A stretch of 64,000 nt of DNA from Eledone cirrhosa (lineage: Eukaryota): contig OZ024743.1 of the NCBI GenBank assembly GCA_964016885.1, positions 52,948,001-53,012,000 of the forward strand, in the 5' to 3' direction. Below are positions 1 through 13,300 of the stretch, one piece after another. Positions within the stretch are counted from its first letter, which is position 1. Every line of letters starts with the position of its first letter. The position numbers and the translations under genes were made by a program. Below the pieces are notes generated by a model that did not search any database, had not been told where the DNA came from, and worked only from the letters and a program-made list of their open reading frames with translations.

Positions 1-312
1 TGGTCTTACTCCAGCCACAGATCTCATCCGTCGCCTCTAGTAAGTTATTTTTTAGGAACTCCCAGTGCTCTTCTACATTGAATGTCTCTATCTGTTCTTC
101 TTTACTGTCGTAGGCGTTGAGTAAAATATCTTTAAATCTGTTACTGGCTGAGGGGTCTTTCAGCTTTCAGATCTTTCTTCTCCAGGTTGGCCTCTGTTTC
201 CAGGTTCGTCTAGTTCTGACCGTGAGGTCGCTGACAACTAAGCTATGTTGGGAGGTACATTCCTCACTAGGGAAAGCTTTTGTGTTTATGACCGTCCATC
301 TGTCACGTCCTC
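1..312 (-). mobile_element. Fragment of the same RTE family (continues beyond the window start)
   Basis: Positions 1-117 are the reverse complement of about 25088-25203. Confidence 0.85.
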
Positions 313-333
313 TATATATATGTATATATATAT

Positions 334-367
<34 letters not shown>

Positions 368-379
368 GGTAGAGGTTAG

Positions 380-720
380 AGGTATATATTTCTTTTGCAA
401 TATTTCTTATCTGAAAACCTGTGTTGAAACAGATATTATTATACTTTCGGAGGGTCATGTTGCCAATAAAAACACATGCTTCTCTGTTGGTTTTCACTAC
501 AATTTAATATAAATTTCCAGTTGGTTGGTTTACTAACCAGATGGCTGTTTATTTATTGTCAAAGCTCTTTCGTCAGATATTCTGTGACCTCCTCAGTGAC
601 TAATTTGTTATTTTGCGTCCCTCCTTTGATCTGCCTGATTAGATCTTGTTTTTGTGCGCTTGGGTTGTACATGTGTTATATCCAGGTGTGTTTGTTTATA
701 TGTTTATCTACTTGTCACTA
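380..720. mobile_element. Non-autonomous hammerhead-bearing element (PLE pLTR-like), family A
   Basis: Homologous to 24540-24860 (GAGGGTCATGTTGCCAATAA..ACACATGC), preceded by (TA)n. Confidence 0.65.
558..600 (-). ncRNA. Minimal type I hammerhead ribozyme
   Basis: Minus strand reads GTCA-CTGAGGA-gGTCA cagaatatc TGAC-GAAA-GAGC-TT|TGAC: stem I GTCA/TGAC, stem II GTCA/TGAC, CUU triplet. Confidence 0.7.
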
Positions 721-954
721 GTTGGTTGCTTGTTCTGAGTATCTGGTTTGTTTTATTAGTTTGGTTCTTATGTAGAATGACTGGGGAAAATGTATGGTTC
801 ATTTTCTGAAGCTATTTCTGTCCTCTTTTGTCTATCTCCATGAGAACTTTATCCGACATACTACTTATAGTTATTGGCATTGTAGCAACTTAAAAAAAAG
901 TCAACATATATTCAGAATTTCAAATTTCCCCAATGCTTCATATACAAAAACACA

Positions 955-1352
955 CATCATCATCATCATCATCACCGTTTTACATCCGTTCTTCCACGCA
1001 AGCATGGGTTAGACGGGTTGTCCTGCTGTGGGCAGTGTCCAGTCGGTGACGATGTCTTGCTCATACGGGAACTGAATCTGGCTTGACTTTTACAGCTGGA
1101 TGCCCTTCCTAACACCAACCTCATTTACAGAGTGGGCTGGGTGCTTTTTTGCCATGGCACCTCCACGACCACTTTGCAGTGGAATCATATGGACCCCAGT
1201 CCTATCATCTCATTTCTACAGCTGAGTAAACTGGAGCAATGTGAAATAAAGTGTCTTGCTCAAGGAAACAACACATCAACCGGTCCGAGAATTGAACTCA
1301 CAACCTTTCGATTGCAAGGCCAATGCTCTAACCACTAAGCCATGTGCCTCCA
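955..1352 (-). mobile_element. tRNA-derived SINE with RTE-derived 3' tail (second copy about 1752-2083, head only at about 17007-17120 +)
   Basis: Minus strand has A box TGGCTTAGTGG and B box GAGTTCAATTC. The 3' half matches the RTE 3'UTR 27330-27590 and the (GAT)n tail. Confidence 0.8.
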
Positions 1353-1414
1353 TATATACAAGTGTCTGCATACCTCTGTGAGTAAATGAGTGTGCGCATA
1401 TGTGCATATATACA

Positions 1415-1458
<44 letters not shown>

Positions 1459-1717
1459 AGCGTTATCGTTCTAACCCCCCCCCCCTTAATTTTCCTATTC
1501 CACCAAATTAACTGTCAACTTAGAAAAACCACGTGACGAGCTGTCAAAATAGAAACAACGCAAAAGAAACACCGAAATAAAGATATAAAAAGTAGAATAA
1601 AAAATCTATAACCCTTAAACAGACCCCCCCCCCCCCCCGCCCCATCCTCTACAACATCAAACAGATGCTAAAAGAATTTTAGAAAAAACACACACATATT
1701 TGAATATGTGTGTGTGG

Positions 1718-1752
<35 letters not shown>

Positions 1753-2157
1753 CATTTCATTTTACGTCCGTTTTTTTCCCTGCTTGCAAGGGTGGGACGG
1801 GAACTGATTCTGGCTTGATTTCTACAGCTGGATGCCCTTCCTAACACCAACCTCATTTACAGAGTGGGCTGGGTGCTTTTTTGCCGTGACACCTCCACGA
1901 CCACTTTGCAGTGGAATGATATGGACCCCAGTCCTATCATCTCATTTCTACAGCTGAGTAAACTGGAGCAATGTGAAATAAAGTGTCTTGCTCAAGGAAA
2001 CAACACATCACCCGGTCTGAGAATTGAACTCACAACCTTTTGATTGCAAGCCCAATGCTCTAACCACTAAGCCGTGTGCCTCCATATATATATATATATA
2101 TCTAACCCATGCTAGCGTGGAAGATTAAACGATGATGATTATGATGATATATATATG

Positions 2158-2650
2158 ACAAACTGAGAGAGAAACTAGGCATAAGAGGAATAAGATGCAG
2201 TGTGCAGGAGAGGAGATTATGTTGGTATGGACATGTGATATGTATGAAGGATGACAACTGTATAAAAAGGTACAGAGCACTCAAAGTCAATGGAAGCCTT
2301 GGAGTGAGGAGACCCAGGAAGACTTGGGACGAGGTAATAAAAGCTGACCTTGCCCAATTGCACCTCTCAAAGTTGATGACACAGGACCGAGATCTCTGGC
2401 GATACGCAGTAATACAGAAGACACAACTTCCTATGGGCAGAGACTGAAGTATACAAAGTATATGCCTCAGTGTAATAAATATAGATAGTACTAGACATTT
2501 AGCTGGACTAAACTAGCTACTAGAACAAGGGTAACTGACTACTGACCACTCACAGAGGAAAAAAACAAAACAAGAGAACTTTTAAGAACGTTTTACTTTG
2601 ACTGTCTGCCCATATATGGATTATACCCCCTTGATAAGCTAGATTCCCGC
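2158..2650 (+). mobile_element. RTE 3' fragment plus flank, duplicated at about 7355-7780
   Basis: ORFs 2202-2447 and 7367-7648 are nearly identical and the non-RTE downstream flank is shared. Confidence 0.85.
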
Positions 2651-3221
2651 CGTATGAATACTGGCACTTTAATTCGGATCTAGCTGTCGTAATGGTTGGA
2701 GCTCAGCCGTCGGGGTCCTGAATTTTTTCATATTACTCACTCTACTACACCTAGTATCGAGTACTCTGGTGGATTATAGGCTATCTGGTTTTTACCACAC
2801 CCTATCTTATATATATATATGTATATACACATACATACACACACACATCATCATCGTTTAACGTCCATCTTCATGCTAGCATGGGTTAGACGGTTTTGTT
2901 CCATTTGATACGGGAATGGTCGGGAGACCGTGTCTCGCTCATAAAGAAGTGTCTCTGGCAGGTTTTTTTTTACAGCTGTATGCCCTTCCTAACACCAACC
3001 AGATTTACAGTGTGGACTGGGAGCCTTTTCATCGTGTCTCCCACATGGCCACCTTACAGTGAGGACTGCTGTGTCATCAACACAGTGGATGGAACGGCAA
3101 AGGGAGAATGGGGTAGGGTGTGTGGGGTGTACATTGTGTTAAGAGGTGTCTACTGACTGTAGGTCTGCATGCGATGGCAGTCAGGTCTTATATATCTACA
3201 TACATACACACACACATATAT

Positions 3222-4094
3222 ATCATCATCATCATCTTCGTTTAACGTCCATCTTCCACGCTAGAATGGGTTAGACGGGAGTTGTCCCACTTGAGGCAAG
3301 GTCGGTCGGGTGACTGTGTCTCGCTCGTATAGGACTATCTGGCAGGTTTTCTATGGCTGGATGCCCTTCCTAACACCAACCACATTTACAGTGTGGAACT
3401 GGGAACTTTTTACCGTGTTACCTACACGACCACATTACAGCGTGGACTGTATGTTTTTTGTCATGACACCGACACGACCTCAATCTCATTATCTCATTTA
3501 TTTGGACTGGCTGTTGTGGTACCAACTTTACAGAGAGAGGGTGGTGTTGGTGGGAGTGGGAGGATAGGGTAGGGGTAGTGGATTGGGGTGTATATTTGAT
3601 TAGGAGGAGCCTACTGACTGTAGGTTTCGCTTTGTACATAGGCAAGGCAGGTCTTCTGCATTACTGCATGGCGCCAAAGATCTCGGTCCAGTGACATTGT
3701 CTTAGAGAGGTGTAAGTGTGTAAGGTCGGAATTTATCATGTCGTCCCAGGTTTTTCTGGGTCTACCTACTCCGTAACTTCCGCCAATTTTGATTGCTCTG
3801 CACTTTTTTATACAGCTGTCGTCTTTCATGCGCGTCACGTGACCATACCAACATAGTCTTCTCTCGAGTAAACAGCATCTGATCCCTCTTATTCCTAATT
3901 TCTCACTTAGTTCATCTATGCTTTGCCGTTCACGTATATTACTATTACACATCCAATGGAGCATGCATGCTTCGTTCCTTTCCAGTCTACGCAGGTCCTC
4001 TGCACGTAATACCCATGTCTCACTGCCATGTAGCATTGCTGTTCGTATACAGGCATCATACAATCTGCCTTTCATTTTTAGAGAGAAACCTTTA
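3222..4094 (-). mobile_element. RTE LINE 3' fragment with 3'UTR and (GAT)n tail
   Basis: ORF 3611-4132 (KGRLYDACIRT..HGSETW..WYGHV..GRPRKTW). A similar tail is at 2845-3185. Confidence 0.9.
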
Positions 4095-4662
4095 TATATA
4101 TATATATAAACCTGTATATGTAATGTATACAATATATTTAGTAACAGAGGGAAAGGAAGAACAAGAGGAATTTAAACATTTGAGTTAAATATGGCAGAAG
4201 ACCCCGCCCCCCCTCCGAAGCAAATAGATTGGTTGAAATGACAGCTTTACAGTATATACTGTATCAAAATGTCATATAGGTTAATTAAGAAATAAGCAGA
4301 CATTTGTCATCCAGGGAGTTGATATTTTTATGCTTGTTCTTGTTATTGTTTTTTTCCTGTACGTGGACATAAATCCAGGGCTATAAATCACTCAGTTATT
4401 CTAAATAGAATATTAGTCTAATGACTTTTTTTTATAGCATAAATGTCTTTGTAAGAAATTGTTCTCGTTCCACATAATTACATACTTATCCTCGCATATT
4501 TTTCATCCATCCTTAGAGAATGTCTTCACTAACCAAAGTATCATCTTCCTGTTTTCCCTTGGTTGTAATGTTTTTTGAAATATTTACTTCTGCATCCACA
4601 GATTGATTTTACTCAGTTTCAGAACATCCTGTTAAGGGTGAAAGCAGCGATTCTTTGCTTAA

Positions 4663-4870
4663 CCCTTTAGCATTTACATTACTCTATATATACTATTGTA
4701 TTTTTGTGGTAAAGGTTTTATCTTACATAATTTCAAATCTATGAGATTTTGATGTTATTAATATTGAGAACAATACCTTAACATCAGTATAAGCAGCTGG
4801 TTACAGCCAGTTTGAACAGAAAGAAGTGAGAGAATTCTGGCCGGATATGGCCGGTTTAAATGCTAAAGGG
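4663..4870. mobile_element. piggyBac-like MITE (inverted copy at 21949-22241)
   Basis: TTAA|CCCTTTAGCATTTA ... TAAATGCTAAAGGG|TTAA, i.e. TIRs with a TTAA target duplication. Confidence 0.8.
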
Positions 4871-5468
4871 TTAAACTTTAATCTGTACTTTAATAAATAT
4901 TTGCTCTACGGGTTTATATATATTATATATATAATCCTTATCAAGCCCTCTTCAGATTTTAGTCTTCACATTTATTATTACTATTTGGCTCCTTCGGTTG
5001 AGTATTCTTCAGACTTTGAACCTATATGCAGAAACAGCATCTTAATATTTCTATGAAAATATACCCGTACCTAGCAGGTAGACTTACTTAAAAATACTCA
5101 TTCAAAATACGGATTTGTTCCTTAAAAGGATACGTTGGCGCGCTTTCTATTTCGACAACCAGGATAAAGTGGACAGAAACCAGGATAAGTTTGGTTTTAA
5201 AACATATAATAACCCTCCTAGCAACCCAGCTTTGTAACCTTTTGAACACAACATACTGGATCTCATACAGAGGTACATGAACATAAGTTATGGAACATAA
5301 ACAAGTGGTAAATGTAAATACATACAGATGCCTTCTACCTTAATGGTTCAATATATAGAGATCAATATAATAAGTATCAGACTTTAAAATATGAAGGTAG
5401 TAGCCCAGCATGGCCACAGTCCAATGTTTGAAACCTATAATTGAATAAAAGAATTAGATGAAGAAGTA

Positions 5469-5474
5469 TTTATT
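5469..5474 (-). terminator. Candidate polyadenylation signal AATAAA of DRC2
   Basis: TTTATT on the + strand, 16 nt after the stop codon. Confidence 0.5.
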
Positions 5475-5490
5475 GAGTGTGAGGAAATGT

Positions 5491-5587
5491 TCAGTACAAA
5501 ATATTTTTGACTAAAATGGCTGCTTCTTGTTTCAACTTTGGTTCATAATCCTTCTTGATGCGGGGGTCGTTCAAATTTACGGCATTC
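5491..5587 (-). CDS. CCDC65: DRC2 terminal coding exon ([12 protein letters not shown]...NILY*)
   Basis: TTTCAG|G acceptor completes the ATG codon split by phase 2. TGA at 5493-5491. Confidence 0.8.
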
Positions 5588-8500
5588 CTGAAATAAGGAG
5601 AGATAATAACAGAAATACAATAACAACAACAATAACGATGGTGATGGTGATGATGGTGGTGGTGGTGGTGGTGGTGGTGATGATGATGATGATGTTGATG
5701 GTAGTGGTGGTGGTGGTGGTGGTGATGATGACGATAATGATGATGATGATGACAATAATGATGTTGATGACAAAGATGATTATGATGATGATATATTTTA
5801 TTAGCTGCAAGAGCACACAATCCTGAGAACAATATAAAGATGAAAAACAAGAGAAAGTGTGACCCCAAGAGAAAGTGTGACCCCAAGAGAAAGTGTGACC
5901 CCAAGAGATAAAAACTAGATATGACAATAAATTACAATAATTCATAACAACAATGATAATAATTGTTTCTACTTTTGGCACAAGGCCAGCAATTACCCCA
6001 GTACAATACTGGTACTTTATTTTATCGACCCCATAAGGATGAAAGGCAAAGTTGACCTCGGCGGGATTTGAACTCAGAATGGAAAGGGCCGTAACTATGC
6101 GTCAAAGCATGGTGTCTGACCCTCTACCGATACTGCCAATCCACTGCACTGACAATGATAATAATAATGGTTTCTTATATAGGCACAAGGCCAGCAATTT
6201 TGGGGGAGGGGAAAGTCAATTAAATCGACCCCAGTGCGTGACTGGTACTTTATTTTATCAACCCCATAAGGATGAAAGGCAACGTTAACCTCAGCAGGAT
6301 TTGAACTCAGATCATAAATGGCCGTAACTCTATGCTGCAAAGCATGGCGTCTGACCTTCTACCGATACTGCCAATCCACTGACCTCTGATATGATAATAA
6401 TAATGGTTTCTTATATAGGCACTAGGCCAGCAATTTGGGGGAGGGAAAGTCGATTAAATCAACCGTAAAGGGACGTAACTCTATGCCGCAAAGCATGGCG
6501 TACGACCCTCCACTGACCTCTGATATGATAATAATAATAAAATGTTAAAACATACATTATGTTGTCTTTGTTGTGGATGATAAACAATGGGTTGGCATTG
6601 GTAAGGACTTCATGGCTGATTGAGATACCATCAAGGTACTGCTTCAGCAAGTATCTCAACCTCTCGTTCTCATTTCTGTGTAAGGTGTGTTCCTGCATCA
6701 ACACACGTTTGTCCAGTAAAACCTTGTTGAAACGTTTCCAGAAGTTGGCCAAGGGCTTGTATTCATCCATCAACTAAGTTCACGGAGAAGTGGAAACAGA
6801 TGGTAGAAGAGAGAAGTAGATGACAGTGGTGATGATTGTGTTGGTTGTGGTGGATGGGGTAGTGGTGATGATTGTGTTGGTTGTGGTGGATGGGGTAGTG
6901 GTGATGATTGTGTTGGTTGTGGTGGATGGGGTAGTGGTGATGATTGTGTTGGTTGTGGTGGATGGGGTAGTGGTGATGATTGTGTTGGTTGTGGTGGATG
7001 GGGTAGTGGTGATGATTGTGTTGGTTGTGGGGATGGGGTAGTGGTGATGATTGTGTTGGTTGTGGTGGATGGGGTAGTGGTGATGATTGTGTTGGTTGTG
7101 GTGGATGGGGTAGTGGTGATGATTGTGTTGGTTGTGGTGGATGGGGTAGTGGTGATGATTGTCTTGGTTGTGGTGGATGGGGTAGTGGTGATGATTGTGT
7201 TGGTTGTGGTGGATGGGGTAGTGGTGATGATTGTGTTGGTTGTGGGGATGGGGTAGTGGTGATGATTGTGTTGGTTGTGGGGATGGGGTAGTGGTGATGC
7301 ATGTAGCGTTTGTAATAATTGTTTCTGATTTAGGCACAAGGCCAACAATATTTTTGGTATGGACATGTGATACGTATGAAGGATGACAACTGCATAAAAA
7401 GGTACAGAGCACTCAAAGTCAATGGAAGCCTTGGAGTGAGGAGACCCAGGAAGACTTGGGACGAGGTAATAAAAGCTGACCTTGCCCAATTGCACCTCTC
7501 AAAGTTGATGACACAGGACCGAGATCTCTGGCGATACGCAGTAATACAGAAGACACAACTTCCCATGGGCAGAGACCGAAGTATACAAAGTATATGCCTC
7601 AGTGTAATAAATATAGATAGTACTAGACATTTAGCTGGACTAAACTAGCTACTAGAACAAGGGTAACTGACTACTGACCACTCACAGAGGAAAAAAACAA
7701 AACAAGAGAACTTTTAAGAACGTTTTGTTTTGACTGTCTACCCATATATGGATTATACCCCTTGATAAGCTAGATTCCCCCTGTATGAACACAGGACTGA
7801 GATCTCTGGTGTTACGCAGTAATACAGAAGACCCGACTTCCCATGGGCACAAGCCAAAGCTGAAGCATACAGGCCAAAGCTGAAGCATATATACAGTATA
7901 CAGCATCCCACCCCACCCTCCCATACATCTCCCATGAGAACAGGCCGAAGTATGCATCCAGTGAAGCCCACAGACCACACTGTAAAGTGGTTGTATTGGT
8001 GACATGACAAAGGCACCTAGTCCACACTGTAAAGTGGTCATGTAGGTGTCACGAAAAAGCACCCAGTACTCACTGTAAATGAGGTTGGCATTTGGAAGGG
8101 CATCCAGCTGTAGAAATTAAGCCAAAATCAGTTCTATATGAGCAAGACACGGTCACTTGACCTAGCAAGGTGCTTTTTCTTATGTCAACAACACAACCAC
8201 CTTACAGGATGGAGTAAGTGCTTTTGTTGCTGTGATATCAGATCACCATACTGGGTGGACTTTGTGCTTTTTGTCATGGCAATGGCATTGTGGGAGATCA
8301 GGTGTTGAGCATGTCTCCAGCTTTCATTGCCTGGGCTGGTGAGGTGTACCAGGGCTAGAGGAGGGTGCAGGTAAGCAAGTTCAACATCGATTAGGTGCAT
8401 GGGATATTTAGTAGGATTGGGTGGGGGAGAGTGGAAGGAGGGTGGGGATGGAAAGAGGAATGCTGTAGGCTACTGTGTCCTCTGCATATTGTTTCATTAT

Positions 8501-9365
8501 CCTGCATATGGGAGGATGTAGGGGGGGGGGGTCTTCTGCAGTATTGCATGACGCCAGACATCTCAATTCTGTGTCATCTTCTTCATGAGGTTTAATAGGG
8601 CAAGGTCAGCATTAATCCCTTCATTTCAAGCTTTCCTAGGTCTTTCTCTTCCATAGTTACCATCGACTTTGCGTGCCCTGCCCCTCTTTATACTTCTGTT
8701 ATCATCCATATGCATCACATGTCCAAACCACCACATTTGTCTCTCCTGTACACTGCATCTGGCCACTCTTATGCCTAGTTTCTCTCTCAGATCACTAATG
8801 TTTTGTCATTCATGCACACTACTATTACACATCCATCGGAGCATGTAAGCTTTATTTCTTTCCAATATCTGTTGGTCCTCTGCACATATTTCCCAGGTCT
8901 CACTTCTATGCAACATTGCTGTTCATACACAAGCTTCATAGAATCTACCTTTCATTTTGAGAGAAAAGCCTTTTGTAGCTAGCAGCAGTAGTAGCTCCCT
9001 GAACTTTTTTCACCCTGCTCTCACTCATCTCCACAGCTAATCTGGTCACCTAAGTAACAGAAGCTATTGACTATTTCTACGCAGCTTTTTGGGCATTTAA
9101 TGGGGCTTGTTTACTGTGAGATTTTGCCCCTTACTGCTCCTGTGGATCGACCACACACAAAGCCTACATTCTTTGCTAGCCTGCTTAGATCATACAGGGG
9201 TCTATTAAAAGAAAATTTGCCATTTAGAAATAGATGTAAAACAAGGCAGGAAAATATCCCCGAATAAACAGAGAAGCTAGCTTGAAGATGGTGGATTGTA
9301 TTATGAAGGAACGGATGGATGGAGGTAAAAAGGTGTTTTATATACTTGTTGAGAATATTGGAGCA

Positions 9366-9404
<39 letters not shown>

Positions 9405-10291
9405 GATCGGTGCTCTGAAATAGTGATGTATACATGAATGTATGATTGTATATTTGGCAATATACAGTATGTTTAATTAAAAACATTTTGAAGACCATAT
9501 GCTATCGGTTTTAAAGTAGTGACTATGGTCGACTGTACAAAAAGGGTTTTATTTACAGTATTAACAATTGTTTCATTGATCAGGTGAGTCTAAAGACCGC
9601 TAATCACTCGAAATTGCGTCACTTAAACACTCTCTCTTCCGTCGAAAATTATAGAAGCTGGATTCTTATAGAATTCCAGTAATAATCAGGATCTGATTAT
9701 ACAGAGCGATTGCCAGTCCAGCAAAAATTATGTATTAGGATTGGTGCTCTGAAATAGCGATGTATACATGAATGTATGTATAGTATGTTTGGCAATATAC
9801 CGTATGTTTTTGCTGGACCGGCAATCGCTTTGTATAATCAGCTCCTGATTATTACTGGAATTCTATAAGAATCCAGCTTCTTTAATTTTTGGCGGAAGAG
9901 GGAGTGAGTGACTCTGATGATCGCCAAATAGCGTGAAACAGACTGTTAGCTTCTCTCCCTTCTTTCGCCGAAAAGAAGTAGGTGACATAGTCACTACTTT
10001 AAAACCGATAGCGTATGGTCTTCAAAATGTTTTTAATTAAACATACGGTATATTGCCAAATATACTATATATATATATATATATATGTTTATATGGGATA
10101 ACAAGTTATCGTGTTAGGTAATCCAGTTAGAAGTTGCGAGTACTCTGATCAGAGACACCCACTGTATTTAAGGTCGAATGATGCAATTTCGAGTGATTAG
10201 CGACCTTTAGACTCACCTGATCAATGAAACAATTGTTAATACTGTAAATAAAACCCTTTTTGTACAACCGACCATGTTATTCTTCACTCTT

Positions 10292-10359
<68 letters not shown>

Positions 10360-13300
10360 AACGAGTAGGACCCCGACAGCTGAGCTCAAGCCGTTTCGAC
10401 GGCTAATTCAGGACTCCAGAATTAGCTGTCGAAACGGCTTGAGCTCAGCCGTCAGGGTCCTACTCGTTCCTATTACCCACTCTACTATCTTAAGTATTGA
10501 GTACTTTGGTGCGTTATGGTCCATCTGATTCCGTACCATATTTCCTTCATTATATATATATATATATATATGTGTATGTATATATATATGTACACATGTA
10601 TGTGTGTGTATAGGTGTCTATATATTTGTGTCTATATATTTGTGTATAAATATAAATCTATATTAGAGGTGTATATGAAGAAATATATATGTTTATAATA
10701 AATATGAGTGTTGCTCTGAAAGTTTTAAGTTATGACCATGTCACAAAACATTGATGGCAAGACTTACATATGTTTGTTATACAAAAACATACCGTATATA
10801 CTTTTACGTACATCTCTATTATGAATCATACTATGTTAGTGTTAGTGATAAGATATATTGATGTGTTTCTATATTAGTATATGGGAGAGTGAGAGATAAA
10901 GTGAAAGAAAAAGAGAGACAGAGAAAGAGAGAGAAAAAAATAGAAATAGAGTATGAGATGTGGGTTCTTACTCTTTCTACACTATTATCCATGAGTATTC
11001 TTTCATGTTTCCAGGCAGCCTCCAGTTCCTTTGGTTCAATGGAATCAACATAAAATGGCAGAACCTTCTCCCTCTCTGTCTCCAGTTTACGACATCTCTC
11101 AAACAGCTTCAAAATCTTGGTTCCCTTCAACACACATACAATAAACAATAAGTCTATAATGTTATATGTAAAGTGGTAGAGCTGGTGCCACGATAAAATA
11201 CACCCAGTCCACTCTGTAAAGTGGTAGTGCTGGTGCCATGATAAAATACACTCAGTACACTCTGTAAAGTGGTAGTGCTGATGCAATGATAAAATACACC
11301 CAGTCCACTCTGTAAAGTGGTAGTGCTGGTGCCATGATATAATACACTCAGTACACTCTGTAAAGTGGTAGTGCTGGTGCCATGATAAAATACACCCAGT
11401 CCACCCTGTAAAGTGGTAGTACTGGTGCTATGATAAAATACACCCAGTCCACCCTGTAAAGTGGTAGTACTGGTGCTATGATAAAATACACCCAGTACAC
11501 TCTGTAAAATGGTAGTGCTGGTGCCATGATAAAATACACCCAGTCCACTCTGTAAAGTGGTAGTGCTGGTGCCATGATAAAATACACCCAGTCCACTCTG
11601 TAAAGTGGTAGTGCTGGTGCCATGATAAAATACACCCAGTGGTAGTGCTGGTGCTATGATAAAATACACCCAGTCCACCCTGTAAAGTGGTAGTGCTGGT
11701 GCCATGATAAAATACACCCAGTCCACTCTGTAAAGTGGTAGTGCTGGTGCCATGGTATAATACACCCATTACACTCTGTAAAGTGGTAGTGCTGGTGCCA
11801 TGATAAAATACACTCAGTACACTCTGTAAAGTGGTAGTGCTGGTGCCATGATAAAATACACCCAGTCCACTCTGTAAAGTGGTAGTGCTGATGCAATGAT
11901 AAAATACACCCAGTCCACTCTGTAAAGTGGTAGTGCTGGTGCCATGATATAATACACCAAGTACACTCTGTAAAGTGGTAGTGCTGGTGCCATGATATAA
12001 TACACCCAGTCCACTCTGTAAAATGGTAGTGCTGGTGCCATGATAAAATACACCCAGTACACTCTGTAAAGTGGTAGTGCTGGTGCCATGATATAATACA
12101 CCCAGTACACTCTGTAAAGTGGTAGTGCTGCTGCCATGATAAAATACACCCAGTCCACTCTGAAAAGTGATAGTGCTGGTGCCATGATATAATACACCAA
12201 GTACACTCTGTAAAGTGGTAGTGCTGGTGCCATGATATAATACACCCAGTCCACTCTGTAAAATGGTAGTGCTGGTACCATGATATAATACACCCAGTAC
12301 ACTCTGTAAAGTGGTAGTGCTGGTGCCATGATAAAATACACCCAGTACACTCTGTAAAGTGGTAGTGCTGCTGCCATGATAAAATACACCCAGTCCACTC
12401 TGAAAAGTGATAGTGCTGGTGCCATGATAAAATACACCCAGTACACCCTATAAAGTGGTAGTGCTGGTGCCATGATATAATACACCCAGTACACTCTGTA
12501 AAGTGGTTGACATTAGGAAGGTTATTCAACCATAGAAACAATAGAAACAATGTCAAAACATTGTTTTCTCATCCAACTAGTCACAGAATCTGGCAACCTA
12601 TCCAACCCATGTAAATGTGGAAAATGGATGTAAAACAGTAATGATGATGATGATGACTTTCATAATGATATTTAAGAGATAATCTCATATTCATTTATAT
12701 TTTCATTTTTGTTTATTTTTCTGGTTTGGTTAACCTTTTCATTGCTATATTTCTAATAGAAGACACTGTCTATGATTTTCCAATAATTTTGTAAATAATC
12801 AAGAATTTAGGTAGATGTAGTAATATAACTAATCTTTCTCATTGTTAATGTGGTGATTGGAACATAACTTAACAAAGGTTCTTACATAACATTATGATAA
12901 CATATGATTAACATTAGATAAATATAAATGCTTTAAAATACACAGTTCTATATCAGAGATATAAGGATGGTTTCAAATAGTTTGTTATGAAAAGGGTCAA
13001 TATTGGTCAATATTCTCTCAATATTGGTCAATATTCTATCAATATTCTATTCACAATTCTGTAGATGTTGGTCACTATTCTGTCAATGTCAGTCACTATT
13101 CTGTCAATGTTGGTCACAATTCTGTCAATATTGGTCAATATTCTGTCATTGTTGGTCAGAATTCTGTCACTGTTGGTCAATATTCTGTCAATGTTGGTTA
13201 ATATTCTGTAGATATCAGTCACTATTCTGTAGATATTGGTCAATATTCTGTCAATGTTGGTCAATATTCTGTAGATATCAGTCACTATTCTGTAGATATT

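Noticed and set aside
1270-1352. tRNA gene suggested by A and B boxes
   Set aside because: No complete cloverleaf, and the sequence is repeated with a SINE body and LINE tail.
4440-4635. Alternative terminal DRC2 exon after a minus-strand AG near 4629
   Set aside because: All frames close within a few codons and there is no recognisable similarity.
5590-7495. His-, Pro- and Thr-rich ORFs
   Set aside because: They arise from (GAT/GGT)n and the 36-bp minisatellite in DRC2 introns.
11154-12556. Long repetitive ORFs ([16 protein letters not shown])n, also 17810-18670
   Set aside because: These are stop-free translations of the 48-bp minisatellite, open in several frames, with no gene structure.
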